DNA of 64,000 nt from NCBI RefSeq assembly GCF_022045235.1, contig NW_027266282.1, positions 5,270,001 to 5,334,000 on the forward strand. Reading direction: 5' to 3'. Position numbers and translations under genes: made by a program. Positions 1 through 13,358 of this stretch are shown piece after piece. The notes under the pieces were generated by a model. The model saw only the letters and a list, made by a program, of their open reading frames with translations. It searched no databases and was not told the DNA's origin. The stretch comes from Haliotis cracherodii. Lineage: Eukaryota. The number at the start of each line of letters is the position of its first letter. The first letter of the stretch is position 1.

Positions 1-752
1 GGTGATCAGACAGGTGATGAGGGTGATCAGAGAGGTGAGGAGGGTGATCAGAGAGGTGACGAGGGGGATCAGACAGGTTTAGGGTGATAAGAGAGGTGAT
101 GAGAGTTTTCAGAGAGGTGATCAGATGAGGGTGATCAGAGAGGTGATGAGGGTGATCAGAGAGGTGATGAGGGTGATCAGAGAGGTGATGAGGGGGATCA
201 GAGAGGTGATGAGGGGGATCAGAGAGGTGATGAGGGTGATCAGACAGGTGATGAGGTGATCAGACAGGTGATGAGGGGGATCAGAGAGGTGATGAGGGTG
301 ATCAGAGAGGTTATGAGGGTGATCAGACAGGTGATGAGGGTGATCAGAGAGGTGATGAGGGTGATCATACAGGTGATGAGGTGGATCAGACAGGTTTAGG
401 GTGATCAGAGAGGTGATGAGAGTTTTCAGAGAGGTGATCAGATGAGGGGGATCAGAGAGGTGATGAGGGGGATCAGAGAGGTGATGAGGGTGATCAGACA
501 GGTGATGAGGGTGATCAGAGAGGTGACGAGGGGGATCAGACAGGTGATGAGGGTGATCAGACAGTTGATGAGGGTGATCAGAGAGGTGACGAGGGTGATC
601 AGAGAGGTGAGGAGGGCGATCAGAGAGGTGACGAGGGTGATCAGACAGGTGATGAGGCTGATCAGAGAGGTGATGAGGGTGATCAGACAGGTGACGAGGG
701 TGATCAGACAGGTGGTGAGGGTGATCAGCGAGGTGACGAGGGTGATCAGACA
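1..752. repeat. 21-bp minisatellite (GGTGATCAGAGAGGTGATGAG), about 35 units, continuing off-window
   Basis: Tandem periodicity is directly visible; it explains the SDHPHHL and MRVIREV pseudo-ORFs. Confidence 0.97.
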
Positions 753-1149
753 GATAGAAATGTTGACAGCACTTCCGAAACGAAGCTTTGGTCCAGGGCA
801 TTTATCATTATAGGATCATGAGGATCATGAGGATTACTGAAGATGGTCTACAAAAACACAACCTTCCTATTAAAATGAGGAAGAGCATGTATAGTCTTGC
901 TTGTTACAAAAGTCATCTTCAAGGCTACAGAGTGTAGAGAAATTACATTATCATTGTTACATCATGATCACTGTCAAATTATAAAAGGAAATCTGTTGAC
1001 AGTGAAACTCACATACAGTGATAAACATGGTGAAAGATTTGTGTGAAACCATAGCAACATGCTAACTGTTGGTAACCATGGTAACCATGTAGAGATCTCT
1101 GCGCAAAAGACATGCTCGGCATCTATCAACAACATCAGATCAACAGTGT

Positions 1150-1390
1150 TCGTAAGCCCTCACAGATTTCTGAAGCAACCTATTCTTGTAAGAGGTGACT
1201 ATGCTTGTCGTAAGAGGCGACTAATGGAACGGGGTGGTCAGGCTTGTTAACTTTGTTGATGCATGTCATCATATCCCTATTGTGTGGATCAATGCTCATG
1301 ATATCAATCACTGGATTGTCCGACTTGATTATATACAGATCACTGTCATTTAGCTGGAATATTGGGAGTGCGACATGAAACAAAATTAGA
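1150..1390 (+). mobile_element. Family-A short retroposon, degenerate copy
   Basis: CTTGTCGTAAGAGGCGACTAA...GCTGGAATATTG matches the other family-A copies in the window. Confidence 0.8.
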
Positions 1391-1674
1391 ACCAAAGAAA
1401 AGAAGGATTTCTGCTGCATTATGACTCCTGGCAATGTCTACATCAATTTGAACTTAACAGTGATCATGGTAACAGAACCTTTGTCCTCCACCATGCATTT
1501 CTGAACACAGAACAATGCTGAATAATGTATGTTCCTCTGCTTTTTTAGCTTTAACCTTGCTTATTGCATTTGCTTTTTAATAAAATATTGATAGATGTTC
1601 AATAAAATATTGACAGAAACATAGATCTACACATTTACATGTGAATGACAAATGTCATTAATACTCTCATATGG

Positions 1675-1950
1675 TGGTGTGTGCACGTACATGTGCTTGT
1701 ACAAATCCGGACTAATGCCGTTTAGAAAGTGCTAGCCCACTGAGATACCATGCCGCAGCCTATTATGGATACCCCTCTCAGACACAGTATACTGACTCTG
1801 AGCCGACCAGTCCTTGGGTAACCATGGTAATCTAGAGGACCAGGCAGGGGAACTAAAAACATAATCTTTTACGTCTTTTAGTATGACGCAGACGGGGATT
1901 GATCCACCGACCTTCCTGTCTCCGGGCGGACACTATAATCCACTGGACCA
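1675..1950 (-). mobile_element. Family-D tRNA-derived SINE (Meta-domain-like), degenerate
   Basis: Reverse complement matches the copies at 10203-10529 and 27186-27720. Confidence 0.75.
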
Positions 1951-2355
1951 TGGACACATGATGGAGTCTGTCCACAAATGTCAAAGGGTCGTGTAACCCA
2001 GTCAAGTGGAATCTGTAGAATCAAGACTAGTCTGTCTTACAGACCCTGATACAAATATATAACAAATACAGCCCATGCAAGTCTATAATGTTTGGCAAGT
2101 CCAGATTACTGCAATAATGAAGAGAGTCACTGGACTCCCTTTTATTATATTTTTATTAAGATAACTTAACAACTGTTTTTTCTGTACGATATGTTCATTT
2201 CAGAGACTAGATGATAGTCTAAATCAAGACTTGAACATGTTGTAATAACAATCTGTATATTTCGCAATTTATCGGAGCACTTAACATTTTCTGGAAATAA
2301 AAAAATCCACTTCACTACATGACCCTTTTTAAGGATAACTACTATTATATATTCT

Positions 2356-2441
2356 TTGACGCGATGTTTCAGATCTACTTCTTGCTAGTCACCTGAATAT
2401 TCACCTGATTAAGCAGCAAGAAATAGCTCTGAAACATTGCC
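2356..2441. mobile_element. Inverted pair of decayed Penelope-like terminal/hammerhead motifs
   Basis: Inverted repeat GATGTTTCAGATCTACTTCTTGCT ... AGCAAGAAATAGCTCTGAAACATTG, with CTGATTA...GAAAC resembling a degenerate hammerhead core. Confidence 0.4.
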
Positions 2442-3789
2442 ATGATTATGACAAAGAATTAAAAAAACGTTAAACCATAAAAAATTACATGTATTCATGT
2501 TCTTCCAACTTCTAAATGCCTATCAAAAACTTTAACATGTTTAAGGAATTTAGTTTTTTATCCTATTGAACTTTTGAACTGGTTCTTTGAGCAATGTTGA
2601 GGCCACATAAAAACAATTGTTTCTAATCTCTGATTTTATTTTATTTCTTGGTAATGCAAATTTGTTCTTACTTTCCATTTTCCAAGTTATTTTCCTTTCC
2701 ATAGTTGCGCTTTTTGAAGTAACCCATTATGATGACCATCACTGGCATATAAACATGAAATGTGTCACATGAACATACTCTCTAGCTGTTAATCATGATA
2801 ATGTTTTTTAACCATTTGGTACAATAGTGAATTTGGTTTTGAATGGTTGGGAAAACGAAACAAAATAAAATTCATATTCGACATACCTTCCCATTTTTCA
2901 AAACAAAATTAATTTTTCCAGAAGAATCATCAGGAGATGACATATACCATACCCCTGGTCTGGTGCAGCTCTGAAATGGAGTTTGGCTACTTATACCCCA
3001 CTAGCTATTTGGCATGATTTGGTATGTTGAGTTCAGCACAAGAAAAAATAATGCTGTTCATTATTTTTCAACTTCCCAAATCATCAAAAGGCACAAGTTC
3101 CCCACTAGACTTATCTGTATAGCAAGTTTCATAAAAAAATGTTCCACAGTTTTGGAGTTTTGTTTCCAAAACGAGCACTACCCTCATTTTCAGCATAAGT
3201 CCATCTTGTCGTCTTCATCATGTTCATGGTCATAAAAAAATAAATCATAATTTTGTTTTCTTTAAATCCCAAATCATCCAAAGGCAACAGTTCACAAACA
3301 GACTCATCTGTATAGCAAATCTCCACAAGATGTGTTCAACAGTTTTGGAGTTCTTCTCCAGAAATGGAAAATGGAAAACAAACGGACAGACGGACATGCT
3401 GATCAGTAACGGTAATCAATTTTAATGTTTCATGTTTTTGTTGAACCCAGACTTGCATTCTTCAGTCACATTGGACTCCAGCGAGCTGCCACGTCCAGGT
3501 CAGCCTGGATTTTCAGCAATCGCTTATGAAACATTAATCACTTTGTAATGCACCTACAAAGTGAGAGCCAGTGTTAGGTAACAGAGGCACTGATCAGTGA
3601 TGCCGAGTTCTGTGTTGGGAACATCAATGAAACTCATTTTATATTTATCTAAACAGTTGCATGTGGTGGTGCATGTCAAATGAGGATATCGTGTATGATC
3701 GTTAATATGGATTACACTCTGTGACAAAATTACAAACCTACTAACCCGAACCTATCATTGTGTATCACATCTGTAGACGTTAGTCTAAG

Positions 3790-4140
3790 GTATTGATGTG
3801 GTGGCAAAGGCCCTGTGTACTGGACACAAATCAGGCAAAGTTAAGCAACGTTGGTCATGGACAGTAGGTGGATGGGTGACCGGGTTCAACATCTTGACTC
3901 CTGAAAGTTTCTAGTTCCTCGGTCCTGCCCCACACTAAACACGTTACATGTGGTGTCTCCTTAGGCAAGAGACTTTGTTTGAAAGATGCATCTGTTCACC
4001 CATCACTAAATGAGTACCAGGTAGGATGAGCTTGACTATTGACCTTCTAGCGCCTCACAAACAGCTTGGGTGGTATGCTCTGCAGGGAGGTGAAAATGAC
4101 ATTTGAGTGCACACTGATCCATTGACCAAGGTAATCATAA
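3790..4140 (+). mobile_element. Family-E SINE relic with 5S rRNA-like segment and CORE-like domain
   Basis: AAGTTAAGCAACGTTGGTCATGGACAGTAGGTGGATGGGTGACCG aligns to 5S box A/box C; GTGTCTCCTTAGGCAAGAGACTT...CACCCATCACTAAATGAGTACC is CORE-like; the 3' body recurs at about 49275-49460. Confidence 0.6.
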
Positions 4141-4586
4141 AGTAGTGCTGTGACTGTGAGCATACATCTGTTGGTGGATTTCAGCCCACAAATTTGAAAG
4201 AACAAATCATCAGATTGTTACAGCAATTCGTACAAGAGCGATCTGTCCAACTTAATAAGAGTATTCCTATCTAATCTGTCTGTCTGCATACATGTCTGTA
4301 GTTATTTAGCTATCTAAACAATACCATGGAATTGGGATTGGAACTTTATATTTGTTTGAAATGTCCTTTTTTGCAAAGAAAACCTTGGTGATTGGTCCAG
4401 GGGTTAGTGTAGGTTTACAGAAATGCGAGCCCTGGAGATATAGAGGATGAGCTTGTGGATGTCGCACAACTGGTCCAAGGCTTATGCTGTTGCATTTCCA
4501 ACTATAGATATCAATAGTTACTGACGCTCACCTTTCATATTAACCTTACAAAATCATATATATTGCAGCTTAATAGAAATATAGAT

Positions 4587-5003
4587 CAAGGTTCACACGG
4601 ATATGGGAGACTAAACTTCAAGGTCTTTTCAAAGCTTTTTCAAGGTAGTTTATGGTTGTCTTTTTAGCCTTAGTCTGTCAATATTTTATAAAATCCAGTA
4701 CACTACATATTAGTCACAAGACCTAAAAGTCAGTATGACCATCACCCATTTTCCAACAAGATTGAAAAAAAATAAATTGACACCTAAATCTATCATTGTG
4801 ATAAATTTCACGTAAACATCTTTGGTACATATTTTTGTTTCTTTTAATACTTTGATTAACAAATATATGTCATTTTGTACAAGTTCAAGGCTTTTCAAGC
4901 TATTTTTGGTGATTTTCAAGGCTTTTCAATGCTGACACTAAAAATCAAGGCTTCACGATGGACCTTAAAATTCAAGGCTTTTTCAAGCTTATACATGAAA
5001 CCT
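4587..5003. mobile_element. Non-autonomous DNA transposon (hAT-like MITE) with TTCAAGGCTTTTCAAG subterminal repeats
   Basis: Ends CAAGGTTCA...TGAAACCTG; a sister copy lies at 9405-9744. Confidence 0.6.
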
Positions 5004-6311
5004 GTAGATATAAATATTTTCACAGAACGTTTCCCTTCTGTTACCTTGGTTACCTTCACTGGTGAATAGTCATCCAGATAATCTTGTGGTCTGACCAGAG
5101 TCAAAATCAACCTTGTTGCCATGGAAACGGAAAAAAAATAAAAATTCTATAAATCCCTAAATAGCAAAAGGCACCATTGACAACCTGGTCTTTGTGTGTG
5201 CAAAGTTTCATGAAAGAATACCTGTCAGAGCGATGGCTGGACAGACAGACAAGCTAATTACTATATTCCTTTTAGTACTTATCAGGAATAACATATTCCA
5301 ATATCGTTTAAAAAATATATATACAATAAAATACATATATATAAAATAATAATCAAAAGTGAAGCTCTTTTGTACAGCTGAGAATGCTATTGCCCGAAAT
5401 TCTTTACGTATGGGACAATTTAATCATTCATCATCGAGGCTCTTGTGCTCGCGATCATGTTGACATATAATAGTCAAACTACAACATGTACAACAAATAT
5501 GACTTTTAACAAGTCATTTATGATATACTTTTCCATTCTCTGTCAAATAAAATTTGTTTCAAGATGTCAATATTTGTAACCTGAGCATGGTTGCTGTAAA
5601 TAACAGTGAGTTGTGTGATCTACTGATCACATCACAAACCCTTTCCCTGAAATTCAGGCTGAATGAAATTTTGAATAAAATTAATTAAATAGGTTACAAA
5701 CATTAGTCCAGATATACAATGAACACTTTTTATAACCAGACAGTCTAATTACATTTACAAGATTAATTTGCGTACTTCAGAAAAGATTTGTGAATAGTAT
5801 TTCACTTGTTACATGCTCACAGTAATGTCTTTGTGTTGGGGGAAAAACATAAAAAATGATGATGGCATGTATAATGTGCATCCCTCTTAAGACAGCTGTG
5901 TTTTGGGGAAAGAAAGTGTGCAAGGTAGAAAAAAGGTACAGTTTGCAAGATAATGTCAAATCTATAATAAGTATTTATCTCTCGCAAGTCCTCAGAAATA
6001 ATGACGATGTACGTGTCACTCATATCATTAATAGATGGCATCCTTGGCAAGTGTCAGTTAAAGAAATAAACAGAAAGTTTTTAAAAGGAATGTTATCATA
6101 TTTATAATGTTTGTCTTAAGTGAATTGGCGAAATGATTGTAGTGGCAGGGACAGGGATTCAGGGACAGAGAATTATTTTGTACTGTCTGTTATAAATATC
6201 CTCAACTATTAGATCCAAAGTCTTGACTAGTGATTGGGTTAAATGATGATTAGTTCAGAAATGAAACATCAACATGTCAAGGGAAAGTAGGAAATATTCT
6301 CAATACTGTGA

Positions 6312-6555
6312 TTTTTGTTTGTTGTTTAACGCCGCACTCAGCAATATTCCAGCCATATGATGGCGGTCTGTAAAATAATCGAGTCTGGACTAGACAATCC
6401 AGAGATTGATATCATGAGCATTGATCCACGCAATTAGGATACGATGACATGTATCAACCAAGTGAACGAGCGTGACCACCCGATCACGTTAGTCGCCTTT
6501 TACGGCAAGTATGGGTTGCTGAAGACCTATTCTAACCCGGAATCTTCACAGGTCT
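6312..6555 (-). mobile_element. Family-A retroposon, full length
   Basis: Starts GACCTGTGAAGATT on the minus strand with an (AAAC)n tail; 12-bp TSD TCAAT(A/G)CTGTGA. Confidence 0.92.
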
Positions 6556-9404
6556 TCAATGCTGTGAACATGAACAAGCTAGGAATTAACTTCAGTCTGC
6601 ACAACATCATGCAAAATCACTGAATATGTTTGTGAATTTTTACTTTATAAAGGTTAATTCCAGAAAATGGTAATAATAACTGAGAACATGCAACTTAATA
6701 AAATCTAAAAGAGCAAGAGAAAATATTGCAGGACGCGTACAAAATAATATCTACTTGCCCTGGACAAGTTCGGTTTGAGAAATTTTAGAGCCCTGATATG
6801 ACCATGAGCAATTTTAGAGGAAATGAGTAACATGAAATATATTTTTATATATATATTCAGACAAGAAAACATTTCAGGATGTTAATTTCTACCACAGAGA
6901 ATGAGTTTATCTAAGTTGTTGAAGTTAATAGCTGATGCAGTAACTCTACATCATGCTACATCACGCTACATCACGCTACATCATGCTACATCGACCATCA
7001 GAAGCAACTGTACCAAGTTTTCCTGTCCCCTCACAGCTGTCACAACCCAAACAACTAATATTGATGGCATTGATAACACAAGATGCTTCTCAGCTCTAGG
7101 CAATGAAAGGATAAAATATCAGATGTTTCTACTTTCCCAAATGATATACCAAAGACACGCTGTGCATCACTAGAGTGACTCATTCTCCCTGATCATGCTG
7201 ATAGGGACATTACATCCCCTATGTGCTGGGAATGCCTTATCAAAGATCCCAAACTAAGAGCCTTGCAGGCAAATTGAGAAAAAATATCGTTCATTTGTTG
7301 TCAATAGTTCTAATTTTCTATATACTAATTACTATCATTGTCAACATTTGAACATTTTGACCGTTTGACAAGTAACCAACTGGTAATTTAATCCATATGG
7401 CTGAGATGATACATCGTTGCACTGGTGCAATGTGAGTTTTTATACTATGATACGATACATGATACGTTGTTTTCTGTATTGATACAAGACAATAAACTTG
7501 CAAAAATACATTACATGTACTTACTACTCGTTGAATGACACCCAGCATTTTTGTCAGTCAAATATGTTATGTGTTGTAATTAGGGTTTCAAATTCACTCA
7601 TAAAAATAGCTGCTATGAACACATGTCTACAACTAGCTTTACCTCTGAAATACTCATAGTCAAGATTTGACGTAAATAAGCGTATTGCAATACACATCGT
7701 ATCATGACCACACTGTAACGTTTCAACCCTAGGATTTAACATTGTAAACTGTATAAAAAAATGGATAGTCATAACAGCTAGGTACAAACTTAAATTCATA
7801 TGACCGGCACTGTTATACATGACTTTATCGGTTATCAGATATATTACAAACTAAGCTAAAATGTCAATATACCTCAAAATTACGCCTTTAGACTCTCAGA
7901 AATGAAAACAAAATATGACCAGCAAGTGCCGACTTCAGAAACAACACTATGAGTGATTGGTTGATTCGGCAGTCTAAATAACAAGTTACACGACCACAGT
8001 TCCTCATAGGCTTTCAAAGTCAAAGTTTAAAGTAAACCTCAGGTTAATTTGCCTTTTAGCCGACATCGTGACTCGTCTGCACAGAAATATCAACACATCA
8101 AACCTTTTCATATTTCGCGAGAATGAATCATGTGATGATTTTTACGCAAATTGATTGGCTAATCCTAGATCGGCAATCTAATTTGATGAGATTAATACAC
8201 GTCTAGGTCAGAAAGGTCAACAACGACAATGAGGCACTTTCATTTTTAAATCGTAGTAAAAACATAATGCACTTCCAAATATGAAAGACTATTAACAGAC
8301 TACAATAGGCAGAAAAAACAAACTATTTTTTAATGAAATTAAGGGATATTATGTTGGCTCAGGATAAATGCACTTGATATTTCTTTGTCATATTTTAACA
8401 AAAATTGCACCAAGACTGCGTCAGCCCAGAAGATCGGATTGAACACATCGTTACATGGTCATGCCACCAGTCATACGTTTTCTATTTCAGTTTGCATTTA
8501 TCTGAGATGATCTTTGACCGATAAGTGATATTATTCCTTATTTGGTTGAAAAAAACTCTCAAAGTACAATGTTACAATACCTCCAAATTTTGAACAAAAT
8601 AACATTTTGTTCCTAATTTGGCTGTCTGGGCACTTAGTTTAGAATCTTGGTTTAATCTGTGTATTTTAGAAAACTTATGACTCTTGGGTTTAACAGTAAT
8701 CCTAGACACAAAGACAAATATTATGGTTATATGGTATATAGAATAGATAGTTGATTATCATGATTATTTATGAATTAAATCTGGTCATATACAAGTAAAT
8801 ATTATCAATACTTGGTATATAACATGTACGAATATCTAGACATAATTTTTCGGCCACTTTACAGATAGGTAATGGCATGTCAAACCTTCACTTGCCCATG
8901 GAGCTTATATCATCACTGATCAATCAATCATATTGTCGGATAATTTAAAGAATAACTTCATTAACCCACAGGAATACATAGCTGTAAACACGCAAAATAT
9001 GTTTAATTGACCCCTGTATCCTTCCGCCTCATAGGATACATAGAGCAATAATAATACATAGATTGACAATCTACCTTTATTTAACTAAGCATAAACATGA
9101 TAAAAACCTCATTCTATATCATGCTATATACTGGTCCCATTAAATATAGGTTATTTCTATAAAAGCCATTACATTAGAAAATAAGATATTATTTATCATG
9201 TTTTTCCATATGAACATGAATTTGAAAGTTTTTAATGACATTTTCTGCCAACTTGTTCTAATAAGCCAGGCAAGCCAGGCACTGTCATCATCCGCAACCA
9301 TTACAAAGAAGTTAAGGTATACCATTTGGAATGTAAGAGTGCAACAACAAGAAAACATTTGATCCCCATTCATGCCTGTTGAAGGTCATCACCATGAACA
9401 AGGT

Positions 9405-9744
9405 CAAGGTTCAAACAGATTGAGAGACTTAAAATTCAAGGTTTTTTCAAGGCTTCCGCCATCATCTTATTCGTGAGACCAAAGAAGCAGTAATGCCTGT
9501 ATAAACATCACAAATTTCCCAACAAGATTTATTTTCACAACCAACAAAAGAAATAAATTAAGCCATGAAATTTGATACTTTAAAAAACAAGTATATGTTA
9601 TTCATACAAATTCAAGGCTTTTCGAGCTATTCTGGAGATTTTCATTTCAAGGCTTTTCAAGATTGACCCTAAAAATGAAGGCTATTCAACATGTTCGAGA
9701 AGGACCTTAAATATGAAGGCCTTTTCAAGCCTGTATGAACCTTG
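9405..9744. mobile_element. hAT-like MITE (same family as 4587-5003)
   Basis: TIR CAAGGTTCA / TGAACCTTG and TTCAAGGC subterminal repeats. Confidence 0.6.
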
Positions 9745-10202
9745 TAGATATTAAGCAGTTGTAATCAATCAGTTTCATTGAGACTGAAAACATCATAGTG
9801 AATTAGAATCCTGGGGCTTATTTTATTAATTATTCCAAGCACTAAGTATATAAAGCATATTTGTATATTCACTCTAAATGTTTGCACAGAGTACTTTTAT
9901 TTCATTAGTTGATATACTTTCTCCTTGAAGGTGAATCATAACACTGAATCAGTTATGTTTAAATTTCAGAGACCTAGATGGGTAATTGTGGGTCAGAAAC
10001 ACAGGGTACTGCATGTGAATCATTGTGAATGTTATGCTGATATTAGCCAGCTCGGAAATACTAGAGAATCTGCATAACTAAGCTGGTTGTTCAACAGTTT
10101 CTGTTATCTTTCATGTGTTTTTACACCAGTGTAACCTGTAATGTAATGTAATGTAGTGTATGTATCGATATACTTGAGTTGTAAATTGATGTATTGTACG
10201 AC

Positions 10203-10529
10203 GGGTGAGGTGAAATGGGAACGTCGCGTCCAATATTATTGCACTTATATAGCGACGTGCATGTACGTGTGTGTGTTTGTGTGGCTGCTTGTCCTAGTCC
10301 GGACTGATGCCGATTTATAGTGCCAGCTGACTGATATACCATGCCGCAGTTTAACATGAATACCCCAATCAGACACAGTCCTTGTTTTAGCCCCTTAATG
10401 CCGAGTGCCAGACAGGGTAACAACAAGTACCATCTTTAAATGTCTTTTGGTATGACGCGGACGGGGATCGAAACCCCGGACCTTCCGCTCTCCGGGAGAA
10501 CACTCTACCACTAGACCACGGAGGCGGTC
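10203..10529 (-). mobile_element. Family-D tRNA-derived SINE (Meta-domain-like), near full length
   Basis: tRNA-like A/B boxes, GTCATACCAAAAGAC...GATGGTACTTG core and CACCTCACC tail; TATTGTAC duplicated at both flanks. Confidence 0.88.
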
Positions 10530-11477
10530 TATTGTACCATGGGCCTTGTATAACAATACAATACTTTATCGCTGTGTCATTACACCACTATCAGGCACAA
10601 GGAACCTATTTTTACTGTACCTGTACAATCTTAACCATGTCACTGGCACTCTCATACAACAACAGATACAAGGAAAACAATGACTTAGCAATAGATTCCC
10701 AATTATTTCACATACTGTTCACACATTGTACCCATGTGAGGAATCAAACCCAGGCCAGATGAGCAAAAAGTTTTAACCACTAGGCTACCCCACCGTCCTG
10801 ATCATTGCAGGGGGCAGGGGGATAGCCTAGTGGTTAAAGTGTTCGTTTGTCATACCAAAGAGCTGAGTTCGATTCCCCACATGAACATAAAGGTTGAATT
10901 TCTGGATGGTTGCTGCAATCATTGTGTTTGTCCCATTGTGTTTGACCCAGTTCTACCAATGTGACACATGCTCATATAACATCACCACTGAAGATAAAGA
11001 AACACCTCATTATTGAGGGCTTCTGTTACACTCTACAAGTCATTATTAATGATTATTTTTTCATGCTTATTTCAACATTATTGCACTGAATGCAATGCTA
11101 AAACCTCAGAATTTAACTTTAAACAAAATAATGCCTTTTTTCCAAATTTGCCTGACACAGGCACTTACATTAAATCCTAAACAAGTCTGACATGAGTGTG
11201 GAAACTTTTGCAAAATTAATGGATGTCGCAGGGTCCTTGGGCATGTGGATGTTTGCTCCTAATCCTATAGCCTTTTATCCTATGAACCAGTGTGCCAAAC
11301 AAGTACCTGTCTGGTAGCCTGTGGCAGCTTTCTTTTTTATCTAAAAATAAAATGTAATTAGCCACGAGTGGGTAGCTTCATTTTCTCTCTACTGTGATAA
11401 AATCCTGACAATAATGTTATTCAAGTGTCAAATATATATTTCCAAACAAAATGGTAAGATTTTAAAAGACTTATTTC

Positions 11478-11720
11478 TGTTTGTTTGTTGTTTAACACCA
11501 CACGTAGCAATATCTAAGCTATATGCATGATATGACGACAGTCTGTAACTAAATAATCAAATCTGGACCAGACAATCTAGATTGACATCATGCGCATCAA
11601 TCTACGCAATTGCGATATCATGACAAGCATCAACCAAGTCAGCAAGCCTGACCACCTGATCCTGTTAGTCACATCTTACGACAAGCATAGGTTGTTGTAC
11701 ATTCTAACCCGAATCTTCAC
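11478..11720 (-). mobile_element. Family-A retroposon, diverged
   Basis: Reverse-complement match to family A. Confidence 0.8.
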
Positions 11721-12044
11721 TGATTTCTGACATCAGGGATTTACTGTACCATTTACCGCGCTTGTTATGGTCGCTTGCTACTAGTTCTGACTCTTACAGA
11801 AACCTGTTTGATAAACACTCAGATTGAAGTTCTAACCTTGATGAAAACGTAAAATTGAATAAAAAATTTTTCTGCTACAAGCATGACCAGATTTCACCTT
11901 TTATTTGGTAGTGTAGAAATACCTGGCTACTCGAGTCTAAAATTGCCTGGTAAAATATTATTTGCTAGCCTGGCTTGCTACTACTGTTGAACAATTATTT
12001 TACACACTGACAGGGACACACTAACTTTATACCCATGAACATTA

Positions 12045-12590
12045 TGATGAAGTGAAATGAGGTTTGACGTTGTGTCCAAGATCACTGCACTTATATAGGG
12101 AGCATGCACGTGTGAGTGTGTGTATTTGGCTGCTTGTACTAGCCCATTTCATAGTTCTAGCCCACCATGAGTGAGTGAGTATGGTTTTATGCCGCTTTTA
12201 GCAATATTCCAACAATATCGCTGCGGGGGACACCAGAAATGGGCTTTACACATTGTACCCATGTCGGGAATCGAACCCGGGTCATCTGCGAGACGAGCGA
12301 ACGCTTTAACCACTAGGCTACCCGACCGCCCCCTAGCCCACCATGACACATTATACCCCACTCAGACACATTATACCGACTCCAAGCTGACCAGTCCTTG
12401 TTTTAGCCCCTAACACCACGCAGGGTAACAACAAGTACCATCTTTTAACATCTTTGGTATGGCATAGCTGGGGATCGAACATCCACTTTCCAGGCAGACG
12501 CTCTACCACTTGACCACGGAGACAGGCGTGGCTGGGGATCGAACATCCACTTTGCAGACAGATGCCCTACCACAAGACCACGGAGGCAGC
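12045..12590 (-). mobile_element. Family-D SINE interrupted by a family-B SINE
   Basis: Family-D body lies on both sides of the insert; the head is duplicated at 12466-12590. Confidence 0.75.
12171..12332 (-). mobile_element. Family-B short tRNA(Asp-like)-derived SINE
   Basis: TAGCCTAGTGG A box, GGTTCGATTCC B box, (ACTC)n tail; 14-bp TSD CTAGCCCACCATGA. Confidence 0.93.
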
Positions 12591-12989
12591 CATGAACATT
12601 ATGGTTATCATGGCTTAATTCAGTACAAGGGAATCACTATAAATGGCAGACAAATGGTAGATGCTTACATCCAGTGAAGTTGATAACCTTTGATCTGCTT
12701 TTTTCAGGACATTAATTTTTAATGTTGCGTTTAAGGTTATCATGATTATTGCACATGTGTGTCTGCTTGTACTTGTCCGAACTAACACCTGTTTGATAGT
12801 GCTAGCCCACCGAGACACCATGCTGCAGTTTAACATGGACTCCCACTCAGACACAGTATCCATGGTATACTGACTCCAAGCCGACTCCTACATGACCTAT
12901 GTGCCTACATATTGATAAAGGTCTGCTCTGGATTATTTGGTTGATTAATGACACCAAATGTTAAGGGATGCAAAAAGATTAGTACTTAC

Positions 12990-13035
12990 CATATAAGAGC
13001 CATAAGCATGGTCGAACATCTCTAATACTTTTAAT
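12990..13035 (-). CDS. EDEM3: EDEM3-like ER degradation-enhancing alpha-mannosidase, coding exon 2 (K|LKVLEMFDHAYGSYM)
   Basis: TTTCTTCTCTTGCAG acceptor and GTAAGT donor; 46 nt, in phase with exon 1; VLEMFDHAYGxYM is the start of the GH47 domain of EDEM3. Confidence 0.88.
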
Positions 13036-13358
13036 CTGCAAGAGAAGAAAATGTAATCATAAATCATGCAAATACGAACATTTACCATGTTTACAGAATT
13101 AAATCTTAATAATCATGACAACAAATTATGAACTTAACTGACAGGAAGGCAAATTCCCTCTACATGCTAAACATTCTGACATGTTCTACAGGGTTAGAAT
13201 CTAACAGTTTTTGTCTACTAATCCTTACAATGATAACATATAGCAAAATCCTTAAACCAGGGCAATTTCTACTAGTCCTTAGTATACCTTTACCATTGGG
13301 CAGTTTGGTAAGGACTACAGGACTAGTGCCAATTTCTAACGCTGTTCTACAGGCAGGT

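Noticed and set aside
121-813. His/Pro-rich 226-aa ORF and the antisense MRVIREV ORF
   Set aside because: Translations of a 21-bp minisatellite whose unit is a multiple of 3; no splice or start context; lies in the inferred EDEM3 intron.
3829-3882. 5S rRNA gene
   Set aside because: Only a diverged internal segment, embedded in a SINE-like context.
753-12989. Further EDEM3 exons (expected next motif AYPADELMP)
   Set aside because: I could not find the motif by eye on the minus strand; candidate exons near 1440-1500 and 5980-6045 do not resemble GH47. Exon 3 probably lies left of the window; tblastn would settle it.
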